Below, in pieces: positions 1 to 12,828 of a DNA stretch of 39,756 bases. Numbering within the stretch: position 1 is the stretch's first letter; every line of letters begins with the position of its first letter. The DNA is from Squatina squatina. Taxonomy: Eukaryota. A program made the position numbers and the translations under genes. The DNA lies in NCBI GenBank assembly GCA_031763465.1, contig JARFOE010000120.1:8795764-8835519 (forward strand), in the 5' to 3' direction. Below the pieces are notes generated by a model that saw only the letters and a list, made by a program, of their open reading frames with translations, did not search any database and had not been told where the DNA came from.

Positions 1-1069
1 CCAGGCAATCAATTCGCCCCAGTGCAGCAACTGAAAGGTCTGCTCTCGTATTCCAACAGACCTAGGACTTTCTACATTCTGAACTTTTAATCTGTAACTT
101 TTCATAGCTAACTTTTAATTATTTTAACAAATGCCTTACAGTGGTGAATGAAATTAGCTATCTAAAACATATTATTAATATCTGCAAAATTGTATCCATC
201 TTGTAGACTGTGTTTCCTGTAACACAAGTATATAATACAAGGCACCTTGCAAAATGTCCTTCTCCCCCCACCACCCTGCCAATCCCAGTGCACAAAATGG
301 TACAGGCCCATCACTGATTAATTACAGCTGCAGGGTGCTCAAGAAAATTCAGATGGACCGAGTCAACAAAATTCAGCCTTGATTGATTCATGCTANNNNN
401 NNNNNTTTAATAGCAGGGAGCAATTGATGATGGACAGCCTTTATTGATTAAACAGTATAGTCCTCTATTCAGCATCTGGCTGAGTGCTTTATGGATCAAA
501 AAAGACATTTAACAAGGCTAAATATCCCTTGTGTATAATTATGTGACCTGTGTGCAGTAAGAGTGTAAATCTTATAATAGACATCATTTGTATGTATGTG
601 CATATTAACCACAGAAATAAACTTTTTAATTTTTTGCTAAGTAAAATATAACGTCTAATAAAAAAAAAAATTGATTATTGCAAGTATATTATTCACCATG
701 CATGTCATGAGGGATACAAGTTCTGCAATGAGATGCATGTTCTGGCCAAAGGAACTGAAATTGATGCCATTACACAGTAAAAGGAGGTTATGCAGGTTCT
801 AACTGGAAAAATCTTATCAAAGGGAAGGTTGCATTAGCCATGGTTTGTGAAGTAAAGCTTCTTTTGGAGAATGATAACTTCTATATCTAAAGATGAACAA
901 TAAACCATTAAAACTTCTGATTAAAATTTTCTATCAGTGAATTAGCGCACCTCAAAAAAAAAATCAGGTTACTATTCATCTGTTTCTTAGTATTGTAACA
1001 GTGCAGCAACCTGTTGAATATTTAGTATGACAAACTTTTTTTTCTCCATTTTTTTTCTTCTGTTCACAG

Positions 1070-1252
1070 ATGATGACCCAGTCGGGGTCTAAAGGAAAGC
1101 ATGGTGGCTCTTCCACTGTAGCAGGTCCTCAAAAAGCTGGAAGCCAATTGGATAACATGCTGGATGAATTACACGTTGGGCTGAATAAGCTAGGGGTTGC
1201 GACTGTAGCAAAAGGAGTGTGTGCTGCATGCAAGAAGCCCATTGCTGGACAG
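1070..1252 (+). CDS. PXN: Paxillin internal exon (LD5 motif and start of LIM1)
   Basis: Polypyrimidine tract and cag acceptor end at 1069; donor CAG|gtgagg at 1253. Translates ...[38 protein letters not shown], matching vertebrate paxillin [38 protein letters not shown]. Confidence 0.95.
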
Positions 1253-2005
1253 GTGAGGAGAACTATCTCAGGATTTGAAACGTCCCTGAAGTCTGTTTCT
1301 CTGGAGAAGTCAGTAGAAATAATCTGTGGTGCTGGTTTTGGGTGGGATCCGATGGCTTGAAGTTTGAGTCCATTCTTACTGCAATTAGTAGCATGCTATT
1401 CAAAGTTGTGCCTGCTCTGTATAAGTGAAGCACTTTTTTATTGAGGGGAATGAAAGACTGTTGCTGTGCTATTTTGTTTAATGAGTACCCATGACCGTCT
1501 GTGTAATATATCAGTACTGCNNNNNNNNNNNNNNNNNNNNNNNNNNNNNNNNNNNNNNNNNNNNNNNNNNNNNNNNNNNNNNNNNNCCCATGACCGTCTG
1601 TTTAATATATCAGTACTGCTGTCAGTGTAACAGTACAGGACAACTGCATAACCTTTAATCTGTTTAATAACATTGGAAAATTCTGGAAATATACAGTAGG
1701 TCAGTCAGTATCTGTAAAGAGAAATGACAGGTTATTGACATTTTGAGGTGTATTGTATTTAAAAAAAACATTTAATTTTACCTCTGCCAGAAGTGCAAGC
1801 ACACTGCCTCGTTGGGGCACACCATCTAGTTGCCTGGATGAGTACAGACCATATAAACATTTTGAGAGTCCCATAACCTTGATTACAATTAGATAACAAG
1901 CAGGTTTGTTAAAGAGATACTAGTTAGGTGTATTTGAGCAGGTGGGATTGTTTTGTTGCTTTCCACATTTGTACAGCACTTTAAAACATGTTTATTTTCT
2001 GTCAG

Positions 2006-2179
2006 GTTGTCACTGCCATGGGTCGTACCTGGCACCCAGAGCACTTTGTTTGTACCCATTGCCAAGAGGAGATTGGCTCTCGGAATTTATTTGAGCGAGA
2101 TGGCCAACCATACTGTGAGAAAGACTACCACAATCTATTCTCGCCCCGCTGTTACTACTGCAATGGACCCATTCTGGAT
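2006..2179 (+). CDS. PXN: Paxillin exon (LIM1 and start of LIM2)
   Basis: ttttctgtcag|GTT...GAT|gtgagt, 174 nt, phase 0. [58 protein letters not shown] is nearly identical to paxillin. Confidence 0.96.
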
Positions 2180-2878
2180 GTGAGTATCTTGAACATTTTC
2201 AAAATGAAATGTTTAATCTTGTGAGGGGCTGAATAGTGAGGATTAATCACTGGGCACTTTATCTGCCCGTAACAAATGTGAACAAAGCTCCAAGTGGACA
2301 GTATAAAGGCCAGTCCTGTATTCCCTGGGAATATCATTCTTCCAGGAAAAGAATACTCCAGTTTCATTGTTTTATTTTTAGAAATGAATTTACACCAGGA
2401 CCATAGCATGGACCAGTGCCAGGCCTTGCCATTGGGAGGGAGACAGTTTGGTGGAGTCATGCTCTTTTCTTGTTGCGAGGAATGAAGGCAGTGCAGTAGA
2501 GCTGTATCCAGGCCAACTGTGTTCAGCAGATAAGTGTGATGTAGTTGTCCCTGGGCAACTCTGTTGCTNNNNNNNNNNNNNNNNNNNNNNNNNNNNNNNN
2601 NNNNNNNNNNNNNNNNNNNNNNNNNNNNNNNNNNNNNNNNNNNNNNNNNNNNNNNNNNNNNNNNNNNNCTAATGTTGAGGTGTGCTAAATATAGATGTAC
2701 CTCTTACTAGTCTAACTAACTCACTCTATTCTTACCCTATCAATGGCATGACTCACAATACTGATATACCAAGTGTACATGACTATGCTGACAAACTGAG
2801 TTTATGGTCTGCATGTGTTGATGGCAGTTCTATTACAAAATCACCTTTTTAAGATGTATTTTTCTGTTTCGTTTACAG

Positions 2879-3145
2879 GAATGTTTCACCCCGTTCATCA
2901 ATGGCAGCTTTTTCGAACATGAGGGGCAGCCATACTGTGAGATGCATTACCACGAGCGTCGCAACTCACTTTGCTCTGGTTGCCAGAAGCCTATCACAGG
3001 CCGCTGCATCACCGCCATGGGGAAAAAGTTCCACCCAGAGCACTTTGTCTGTGCTTTCTGCCTGAAACAGCTCAACAAGGGCACCTTCAAGGAGCAGAAT
3101 GACAAGCCCTACTGTCACAACTGCTTTGTCAAGCTCTTCTGTTAG
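2879..3145 (+). CDS. PXN: Paxillin last coding exon (end of LIM3 and LIM4, stop)
   Basis: gtttacag|GAA TGT TTC: [88 protein letters not shown], the paxillin C-terminus. Confidence 0.96.
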   Translation, partial: ECFTPFINGSFFEHEGQPYCEMHYHERRNSLCSGCQKPITGRCITAMGKKFHPEHFVCAFCLKQLNKGTFKEQNDKPYCHNCFVKLFC

Positions 3146-4710
3146 ATCCAACCCACCAACCACTTGTCCAGTTCAATCATTCCTGCAATTCTAAAAATTC
3201 ACACCCACGCACACGATGCCAATGGAACAGACAACTCCAGCTTTTAGGGGTAATACAAATCTTGGACTGAACTAAACACCTATTTTCTACATCTATCACC
3301 TTTCCTTTGCAGAGACTGAGAAAAGAGAAACTCCTCTGGATGAGGTGGTGAGAGTGCCATATTCTAGCCCCCCCTCCCCCTCCCCCGCCCCGGTGATGAA
3401 CGCCAAGCCAACAGCCTTCTGTGGTAGGCTGGTTGAGGAGTTGGCAAATCCAATGACTGGAATCCATAATCAGCAATAGAACATGAATCACAATGAAAAA
3501 AGACCATTGATCTCTATCCAGCTCAGCTCTTATTAGATTATTTTTCAAGAACTGCACAAACCATTCTAACCTCGCAACATCACTGACACCAATCCCAAGA
3601 GTAAATGTCATGCAGGTGGTTTGTGTAGTAAGGATAAACTAAGCACTGAATACTTTAACTGCAATTGAGCAATCCCCTGAAGGACTCGGTAAAACTAACT
3701 ACACCGGAACAATCCCCAAAATAAACCCAGTCAAACTGGGAACAAGTCTCCAAGGAACTGTATGAAATGTGGATGATGGTGCTGGAAAGCAGAGGTATCT
3801 TTTGAGAAAGTTCACTTTGTTGTACACCAGTGTCTCCTTGATGTCAGTAATGCCTTTGACTGTAACTGAAGCAATAATATTTCTCAGCGATGGCTACAAT
3901 CGCACTGTCCTGTGTACATGCACAGGAGAGTCTCCTGTAAATGTATTTGATAGAATGTTTTACAGTACTGTACCTTTTTATCCTCTGGGTTCAGTTATCA
4001 AAATGATCTCGTAATTCTGAACTTTCATGTCAGACCTTTGTGATTTTAAAAACATGACAACCACTTTTTGTAAACCACACATCTGATGTGTAGGTGATGC
4101 TCGTACATTGTAGAATTGGTAATTTTTGTGCTTTCTTACAATACTAATGATTGATTCTTACATGGAAAACCCAAAGGACTGTTAGACAGGATACTGCCTA
4201 TTCACTTTTATAGCACAAAATGGTTTTAGTCTTTGAGGCATGTCCTAACCTAATGTCCATGAACAGAACATTTTGCAATTGTGAGCCTGCTGTATTTTTA
4301 TCAAGTTCCTGCATTGCCTAATTTGCCAATAATTTATCTTTTTATGGAAAGTCTTAATTCCTGCTGTGGAGCTTTTTCGGGTCTTCCCTGATAATGTGTC
4401 GTAATATTTTGTCTTTCATCTTATGAGCAATTCATTTATAAAAAAAAAAATAATGGTAACCGCAGAAGTCAGAAACATTCTAGTGCCATTTTAATTGGTC
4501 AAACTCTGTCCAATTGAAGCCTCACTAAATCAGTGTTTACAGTGCATTGAATTCAATCTGCCATTAAACCAAAGGGAATCACTCGAATGAGAGAAACTGT
4601 TCTAAGGAAATGGTCCTGATTCCTGCCCTCTGATCAGTGATAATTACCTGTGTTTGACTACATCTTTGTACATCCTTTAATCATGGCTTANNNNNNNNNN
4701 GGTTTTTGCC

Positions 4711-4716
4711 AATAAA
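4711..4716 (+). promoter_or_regulatory. Probable PXN polyadenylation signal
   Basis: AATAAA about 1.57 kb after the PXN stop, followed by T/GT-rich sequence. Confidence 0.55.
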
Positions 4717-4797
4717 AGTTGCTTTTCACTTTATTTTAATTGTTGGGTTCATTTTCTTCTGTTGAACGATCCAAAGTAATCAAGTATTTCTGCACAA

Positions 4798-4858
4798 AAG
4801 ATCTATTCTTACAATTGTCTGGCTGGAAGATCTATTCTTACAATCATCCAGCTGGAAA
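4798..4858. repeat. Imperfect 29-bp tandem duplication
   Basis: aagatctattcttacaat...gctgg occurs twice in tandem. Confidence 0.7.
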
Positions 4859-4879
4859 CTGGTTGGGTACAAGTGGATC

Positions 4880-5167
4880 ATATACTTTTTAAATTGAAAA
4901 ACACAGATGAAGGATCATTGCCTCTAGTGCAGGGTATCACCAAATTTGAAGAGAGTAAAAGAGAATATGAGTTAAATCTTGAGGCCAATCTTAACTTTTT
5001 TAAAAATCTGAAGAGTTTGGGAAGCAGGAATGACTGAGGAAACCAAAGAGTTATAGTTTTCAAGAATATGCTTCAGTAGGAGACCATGCGATGAGTCTAA
5101 TTTCAACAGTTAAATACATTTTTAATAAATCCAAGAAAGAATTCAGGAGCAACTTCTTTACCAAGCG
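4880..5167 (+). mobile_element. Degenerate CR1-type LINE 3' fragment
   Basis: Ends 'gaattcaggagcaacttctttaccaagcg', resembling the CR1 ORF2 tail (RRNFFTQRVV) seen intact at 38745. Confidence 0.45.
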
Positions 5168-5267
5168 NNNNNNNNNNNNNNNNNNNNNNNNNNNNNNNNN
5201 NNNNNNNNNNNNNNNNNNNNNNNNNNNNNNNNNNNNNNNNNNNNNNNNNNNNNNNNNNNNNNNNNNN

Positions 5268-5660
5268 CTGAATCAAAATGTTGTGGTTTCAAGCCCTACT
5301 TCATGACTGGAGCGCCTATTTCCAGGCTGACACTTCAGTGTAGTACTGACGGAGTGTGGATTGTTGGGGACGCCGTCTTTCAGACGAGAAGGTAAAACCA
5401 GACGTCGTCTGTGGTCAAGTGGCCAGAAAAGATCCTGCGCTACTAATTGAGGAAGATCAGGAGAGTTTTGGTGTCCTGGCCAATACTTACCCCTCAGTCA
5501 ACATCACTAAGACAGATTATCTGGTCATTTAACTTATTGTTGTTTGACAGCATGCTCGGCACAAATTGGCTGCTGTGTCTCCCTGCATTATTACAGTAGC
5601 TACAGCAATTTGGGGCATCCTGTGGTTGTGAAAGGTGCTGTTTAAATGCAAATTCTTTGA
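5268..5660 (+). mobile_element. Deu-domain SINE (SacSINE1-like)
   Basis: tRNA-like head (gttgtggtttcaagccc), Deu-like core (gtcctggccaatacttacccctcagtcaacatcactaagacagattatctggtcatt) and L2-type tail (gaaaggtgctgtttaaatgcaa). Homologous to the inverted copy at 16871-17077. Confidence 0.7.
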
Positions 5661-6230
5661 TTCATTTTCTCTCCTGATTACTTTGACCACAGTTGCAGCT
5701 AAGTTAGACTAGGGTGAAATATACCTTCCTGACTTGTGGCTCATTGGTGAATTTGCGGAGAAATCTTGGCAGTCTATCACACCTCCTGAGGGCAGTAACT
5801 AATGTTGAGTACAGGTGTATGAATACTGACAACTTGCTCAAGTAGCAAGTGAACCTTGACTGACTATTGAGGAGCTGTTAAGCATACAGGAGGGAGCATT
5901 TCACAGCCGACCTGATTCTGTCTTTCCCCAGCATCCAGTAATACATTTCAAAAGTGGTCGCTTATTGACAGGAGTACCTATCTTAGCTAATTGGATTTAG
6001 GGTACTAGACATATACTTCAGTGCTGCTGTTGAAGGAACTGAAGTGTATGCTTTTAAACAATAATGGATGGTATCTACTATCCGTTGCATAATTTTATTA
6101 GCACTGCTTTATGCTTTCATGGGGAATCTGTTGTCTTGTAAATCCTTGCCTCATTGTGCTTTTTCTTATTCTCTTGCAGTAAAATCTTGTCTTTAAACCA
6201 GTTTCTGGCAATCCTTGGAAGCACTTAAAG

Positions 6231-6284
6231 ATGCCCAGGGAAGACAGAGCAACATGGAAGTCCAACTATTTTATGAAAATCATC
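6231..6284 (+). CDS. RPLP0: 60S acidic ribosomal protein P0, first coding exon
   Basis: MPREDRATWKSNYFMKII|gtgagt, the canonical P0 N-terminus. An upstream acceptor ttgcag at 6178-6179 implies a non-coding first exon. Confidence 0.96.
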
Positions 6285-7400
6285 GTGAGTATAACCTATT
6301 CCACTATTAGCTGTCTGAGGTGCCTGTTTCCTTGGGTGTATTAGCAGAGTTGCATCAAGTACTGGAGAAAGATCTCCTGAAGTAATTAAATCTGAGGAGC
6401 AGCCAGAGCATAGAAGGGTTGGCAATCTTATCTAATGCGGTTGATTAAAGTGATGGGGCCAGACCTGATACAAGTGGTGTTGGAGTAGTGTGAAGCTGGG
6501 ACAGAAATGGCTCCCTGATCTATCAAAGTCAAATTGCAATAAACATTAGGTTTTAGATACCAATAAACATTGGTGTGATGGGAGAAGAGGTGCACAAATT
6601 CACTAAAAGGGAGATCACGTCTTAACATCACTGGAGCCCTTCGAGTGTCCAAGTATGATTGTGTAATTGTGCCACAGCATTAGCATTGAGGCAGAAAGGG
6701 ATTGTGGTTAATTAAGTTACATAGTTTGAGGCCTTAATTGCAATGGAATTGTTTTCAATCCAGTGTTCAGGCATAAGTGGCTAATGAGTGGATGGAATTC
6801 ATCCATCCGTCCTCCCCTTTTTCCGTTAAACTGTAATTTTGGGTACGTGAGGTTTTGAGATGGATTGAAATGGCAGATTTTGTTGATGAGTGGCTGCTGG
6901 CTTTTGATTCTGCTGTATTCAGGTGATTCAAAATGGGGTTTTAATGCATTGGAGATTATGTTGGTATGTAGGGAGATGTGAATTCTTGGCTACTGTTATT
7001 CTTGAGATTCACTTTGGTTTTCTTTCCCAGGGGCGCTTTAATGCCAGAAATGCACTTGCACCTTCGCCACTGATGTTTGCTTTGTGTGTATGGGGGTCGG
7101 CCAAGCAACCCCCACACACACAACCATGACTCATTTTGGAAGTGCTTCTGTGTGGAGCAGGTTTGGTTGTACCTGCAGGTGTATAAACTGTTGAAACTCG
7201 GTTAAGCCAATGAATATAACCATTTGGGCAAGATACCCTGTACCCCAGCAAGGAGCCAATCCCACAAGAAGGAAAGAAAATTGGCTGGGGGGGCAATTTT
7301 TGGGCTGTAAGTTAAGTCTTTGTTTCATATGAAGAAATGGGAAGCTGATTGGGATCTGCTGGGTTTGTACATACTTACACTGTATCTGTAATCTCTCTAG

Positions 7401-7577
<177 letters not shown>

Positions 7578-7661
7578 TAAGCAAGCTGCCCAAATATAAA
7601 TTTTATTGGTGGTTATGAATTGATTGTTTTTTTTATGTGTGTGTATCATGTTTATCTGCAG

Positions 7662-7749
7662 GCTCCTGCCTCATGTCCGTGGCAATGTTGGCTTTGTATT
7701 CACCAAGGAGGATTTGTGTGAAGTCCGTGACATGCTACTGTCCAACAAG
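7662..7749 (+). CDS. RPLP0: RPLP0 coding exon 3
   Basis: tctgcag|G CTC...AAG|gtaaag; [29 protein letters not shown]. Phases fit the flanking exons. Confidence 0.96.
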
Positions 7750-9018
7750 GTAAAGCTCTTGGGCTGGTGCTCTGATAAATCTTAAATGGCGAAAAGGTGG
7801 GTGGGGGGGTGGGGGTCGGGTACCAATCAACGTAGAGATCTCCTTGTATAGAATTGCGTGGATTTCTTCAACCCACGTTTTGACTGATTTTTGTTTATTA
7901 TTAAACCTAAATGTATCTGGTTTCTTCAGCAATGACACAATATTCCTACTTAAATGGATGTTCTTTCTGGGCTGCTTGTTACGATGGNNNNNNNNNNNNN
8001 NNNNNNNNNNNNNNNNNNNNNNNNNNNNNNNNNNNNNNNNNNNNNNNNNNNNNNNNNNNNNNNNNNNNNNNNNNNNNNNNNNNNNNNNNNNNNNNNNNNN
8101 NNNNNNNNNNNNNNNNNNNNNNNNNNNNNNNNNNNNNNNNNNNNNNNNNNNNNNNNNNNNNNNNNNNNNNNNNNNNNNNNNNNNNNNNNNNNNNNNNNNN
8201 NNNNNNNNNNNNNNNNNNNNNNNNNNNNNNNNNNNNNNNNNNNNNNNNNNNNNNNNNNNNNNNNNNNNNNNNNNNNNNNNNNNNNNNNNNNNNNNNNNNN
8301 NNNNNNNNNNNNNNNNNNNNNNNNNNNNNNNNNNNNNNNNNNNNNNNNNNNNNNNNNNNNNNNNNNNNNNNNNNNNNNNNNNNNNNNNNNNNNNNNNNNN
8401 NNNNNNNNNNNNNNNNNNNNNNNNNNNNNNNNNNNNNNNNNNNNNNNNNNNNNNNNNNNNNNNNNNNNNNNNNNNNNNNNNNNNNNNNNNNNNNNNNNNN
8501 NNNNNNNNNNNNNNNNNNNNNNNNNNNNNNNNNNNNNNNNNNNNNNNNNNNNNNNNNNNNNNNNNNNNNNNNNNNNNNNNNNNNNNNNNNNNNNNNNNNN
8601 NNNNNNNNNNNNNNNNNNNNNNNNNNNNNNNNNNNNNNNNNNNNNNNNNNNNNNNNNNNNNNNNNNNNNNNNNNNNNNNNNNNNNNNNNNNNNNNNNNNN
8701 NNNNNNNNNNNNNNNNNNNNNNNNNNNNNNNNNNNNNNNNNNNNNNNNNNNNNNNNNNNNNNNNNNNNNNNNNNNNNNNNNNNNNNNNNNNNNNNNNNNN
8801 NNNNNNNACGATGGGAGACAGATGGAGGAGGAGAATTGGCGTGCCTTTAATACTGGCTTAGTGGCGCTATCTCCATTTTTGAAACATGAAATGTTAATGT
8901 TGTATCAAGTTTCAATATATCTGTTAAGATTGCCCACTATTGTTTAATGTCAAATCATTTTGCTCTGTCCTCTTGTCTTTGTCCCACCAGTGCTGAATTT
9001 CTTGTGCTGCTTCCACAG

Positions 9019-9165
9019 GTCCCAGCTGCTGCTCGTGCTGGTGCAATTGCCCCTTGTGAGGTCACTGTTCCAGGTCAAAACACAGGTCTAGGTCCGGAGA
9101 AGACCTCCTTCTTTCAGGCTTTGGGCATCACCACCAAGATCTCCAGAGGTACCATTGAAATTCTG
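9019..9165 (+). CDS. RPLP0: RPLP0 coding exon 4
   Basis: ttccacag|GTC...CTG|gtgagt; [49 protein letters not shown]. Confidence 0.96.
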
Positions 9166-9769
9166 GTGAGTGCTGATGTATGGAAGTGTGGACCTTAAAC
9201 TGGTGGCAAACCCTCTGCTTACCCCTGTTAAAAGTGATAGAACTAAGAACTTTAATAATTTACCTGAAAATTGACAGGCTTACTGATGCGATTTTCTGAA
9301 TCCTTGGGCAGTTTTTGTGATTGTTTTCATTGAATTATTAGGCTCCCTGTTTTATGATGGAGTCGTTCACTTTATTTTAGAATTCTGGGATTTTTATTGG
9401 TATTCTGGGGATTCCATTTATTTATTATTAGACCCGCTGGTTTATGGTGACCGAGCAAGGTTTATTTTGTTGGGATTTTAAAAAATTGGCGTTTTGGGAG
9501 ATTGTTTCGAGAATTTGTTCACTTTTACCTGACGATGTAAATTCGTGGCCTTGATCGGCTTTCTCCTTGGACCCTGATTGTTTCCCTTAAAATGAATTCA
9601 GGCTAATCCCAGACTGATGTTGTTTATGGAGTTAGACCAAGAGCAATAATGTTATAGTGCTTGTTTTACCCTTGAAGCTTGAGTTAATCCTTGACTCTTT
9701 ATTGTTAGAACTGCAGTTTAGTGTAAAACTGTTGACTTTTATCCTGAAAATGATTGACTTGTCCTATAG

Positions 9770-9955
9770 AGTGACGTGCAACTCATCAAGATTGGTGACA
9801 AGGTGGGAGCCAGTGAAGCCACTCTGCTGAACATGTTGAACATCTCTCCCTTCTCCTACGGCTTAGTGATCAGACAGGTTTATGACAGTGGAAGTGTGTA
9901 CAACCCTGGGGTTCTGGACATCACTGAAGAAACTCTACAAAAGTGTTTCCTAGAG
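9770..9955 (+). CDS. RPLP0: RPLP0 coding exon 5 (later exons not visible)
   Basis: cctatag|AGT...GAG|gtatgt; [62 protein letters not shown]. Confidence 0.95.
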
Positions 9956-11591
9956 GTATGTCGAATGAAATTACCGAGGCTTCTTTTTGCTTGGAATTTC
10001 ATTAACCGTGAAGATCTTGGCTGCGATGGATTCAGCCTATTGTGTGGTTTTACATACTGTGCAAACAAGCTTGATGTTCAGTGAGTTGAAATTGCAAAAT
10101 AATGGCTCTGAAATTGTGATGTTCCCACCCACCCGGGGAGGCAGCGCAAAAGCTGGATATGGGGCTGTACATCGTAAGCCTGTATAACCGGCNNNNNNNN
10201 NNNNNNNNNNNNNNNNNNNNNNNNNNNNNNNNNNNNNNNNNNNNNNNNNNNNNNNNNNNNNNNNNNNNNNNNNNNNNNNNNNNNNNNNNNNNCCTACAAA
10301 TGAAGTTTAACCCCTCTTCTAAAACAGCTGAGAGATGCATTTCCAGAAAATTGGGAGTTGGTCATCTAATGCCCCAGGACGCGATTGGACGGTCAGTGTT
10401 TAATATACGGAGTTTGAGCCGCTGACACGTTGGCTGCCGACTGTTCGGCCTCCTTGCACTGCGTTATAATTTAACAATAACGTGCCAGGCATGTGTGATA
10501 ACATTTAGTGAAAACGTTAAGTCTGGTTGGTTTGCGGCATTTCTTGCTTGTGCCGTTTGTGCTGCTTTACTTGAAGTAAGTTGTGCAGCAACAATCAGAA
10601 AACATAATGTCAAAAATGACTTCAGGAAAACCCAACATTCCGAGTGAAGTTAGGAAAAATCAACAACATTACGGATGAATTATATTTTCTGTTTGGTTAC
10701 AACCATAGATCTGCACATGAAGGACTCAACATTCTCATCGACTATCAGTGAGAGCTGGAATCTACAGGTCCTCCTGACGATGGTAATCCAAGTCACAGAT
10801 GTATTGGTGTGGATTGCGTAGCATTCGCCAATCGTTATTCTCCAGGCATACAATGAAGTTCATGCTCAGCAGTTTCGACATTCAAAGTTCTCGCATGGAT
10901 CAAGGAGATGATGCCAATTCTGGTTGCGAAGTAATATTGAGAAGAACTGAATAATTGTTGGAAAGACATTATCTATCTACTTACAATGTTATCTGGAAAT
11001 TTTGATCTTCATTGTGATGCCGATCAGCAAATAACGTTCAGATTAAAATGCCGCTGTCACGCTAAGCCTGATCTACATCCACATCTGTGCCAATTGCCAG
11101 ACGGATCTGGAGTAAATTGGCATTCAGGTTGTCCACTTTGCTTCGCTGAAACCAGTTGCATGTTGCTCATATGCATTTTTGTGCCCATGTTGGCCTTCCT
11201 CCTGCCCCCGAAGGCCTTGTTTGCTGCTGAGAGTGGCGTTCCAACGATACCGACCGCCCCCTTCACTTCTCCCAAGTCTCCATTTTCGGCGAGCCTTGCA
11301 CCTTCACCCAGCCCACTCCTGGCCCCATCCGCCCACACCCTCGCACTTTCCAACAAGAATCACTGAGTAATGACCAGGAGCGGCAGACCCGCTGGTTCTC
11401 CCTCCCTAGCCGGTGGGCTTGGGCCATTGTATCCCATCATTCATCGCACCTGGCTGAGATCGTGGAACTCCGCCCGGCGTCCAACTGCTTTAACTTTCAC
11501 TTCATTAATAAACATCACTAACGCAAGGATGTGACAGGTTGAATTACAACTAAGTCTTATAAATAGTTCCACATTTGAAACTTCAACCTAC

Positions 11592-11959
11592 CTGTTACTG
11601 TCAACCTGCTGCCATTCCCTCTCAAATGTTCAGTGGAAGGTGGGTTCAGAATCATGAGTTCACAATAATATGTGCCGCTGTCTCGCTGTCGCAGGTTCGT
11701 TATTGATAACTGGCTTATGTTTCGCTCTTGGGCTGTAGTACGTACCAGTCGGATTGAAAGGTTTCCCGTGGGCTTTTCCATGTAAAAAATATACGTCTGA
11801 CAAGTTTGGTTTCTTGGCTGGTGAAGCCAGTTGATTACGAAGTCTTGAATTTTATCAGCAAAATAAGCGCAGGTCAGGATCGCTGTCCCTCCTTCAGACA
11901 CAGAGAGAAATTGCGGGGTCTGGTCAACCCAAACTCCTTCGGCAACAGTCAGTGCCCAG
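11592..11959 (-). CDS. VJ-type Ig V-set domain exon (CD28/CTLA4/TMIGD2/NKp30-like)
   Basis: Open frame VWVDQTPQFLSVSEGGTAILTC...W...LSITNLRQRDSGTYYC...GNGSRLTVT with B/F-strand Cys, C-strand Trp, DxGxYxC and a J-like GxGxxLxV. Phase-1 donor ACAG|gtaggt at 11591. The 5' boundary is uncertain. Confidence 0.85.
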
Positions 11960-12049
11960 CTTGCGCCGAAATTAGACATCTGTGTCAATATTAATGCAAT
12001 AATGTTCATGTTTACGGGACAACACCGGAGATCATCCGTATTGAATTAC

Positions 12050-12084
12050 CTGAAGTTTGCAAGAGTCAGCAGAGGTTGAGACAT
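12050..12084 (-). CDS. Candidate leader exon of the VJ-type IgSF gene
   Basis: ATG TCT CAA CCT CTG CTG ACT CTT GCA AAC TTC AG|gtaatt spliced to ggcgcaag|C at 11959 gives the signal-like MSQPLLTLANFSWALTVAEG/VWVDQ. Alternatively the in-frame ATG at 12009 (MNIIALILTQ...) could be used without splicing. Confidence 0.4.
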
Positions 12085-12828
12085 TCGCTTATTGTGCAGC
12101 TTTCACACCGCTCGGCGCGGATGTGCGGTGTGGGGAGCTTGGCGCTCTGCAGATACCACCCGCCGCTTGCAGGCTACGTGTGGGTTTCAAAGCCCGGTCC
12201 TGCAGAGAATAGCTGTCGCCCACCAGAAGCAGCAGCATTGAAGCAAGCGATAGCCAATACCTGCAACTTCAGAGCGGAACAACTAATCTAAGGCTTTAAG
12301 TCCTTCCGGCCGCTTCACATTTTGTCCTGGTTGTTGTCACATCTGTGGAGAGCTTCAAACTGCTCCAAAAAGAATTGGAGAAAAATAGACAGAACGTGTA
12401 AATGGACAAACTTTGCTAAAAGACACTGGCGGCAGATGGGCTGGCAGGGGCGGTTTGCAACTCTCACTGCAATGACTGCATTTCTACACTTGGTTCCTGC
12501 CAATGATACAGACAGAAATAAAGGGACAATGTCGATAGCACGGACACACAGGGTTGCTGGCACAGGAAGAAAACTTCGAGAATATGTTTGTCTTCACTAA
12601 AATTGTGAAAAAATGACCTTCACCTAATTTGGGTCCTCTGCGACCCTCTGCTCCTTGACTGTCAAAGCACCCGATTCCTCTGTGACTGCGGAGCTCGCTG
12701 TGTGAAGAATGACCCTTAACTTCTGTTGTTAATTTTTTGCTTTTCTGGTTGTAAATAATTGAGGGTACTGTAGCTTTGCGGTTCTGTTACCTGACCACGA
12801 ATCCAGAGGCCCGGATGAATAGTCCATA

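Noticed and set aside
1488-1619. 33-bp direct repeat flanking the gap at 1521-1586
   Set aside because: Most likely a contig overlap or collapsed minisatellite; it cannot be interpreted across Ns.
7797-7820. G-run tract (possible G-quadruplex) in an RPLP0 intron and C-run tract at 3368-3391
   Set aside because: Common low-complexity sequence with no evidence of function from the sequence alone.
7844-8947. Long ORFs of 200-370 aa here and at 37933-38907
   Set aside because: They are artefacts of reading through N runs.
10571-10640. Hydrophobic minus-strand stretch (VFLKSFLTLCFLIVAAQLTS) followed by a GT, as a TM or leader exon
   Set aside because: There is an in-frame stop just upstream, with no ATG or suitable acceptor in frame.
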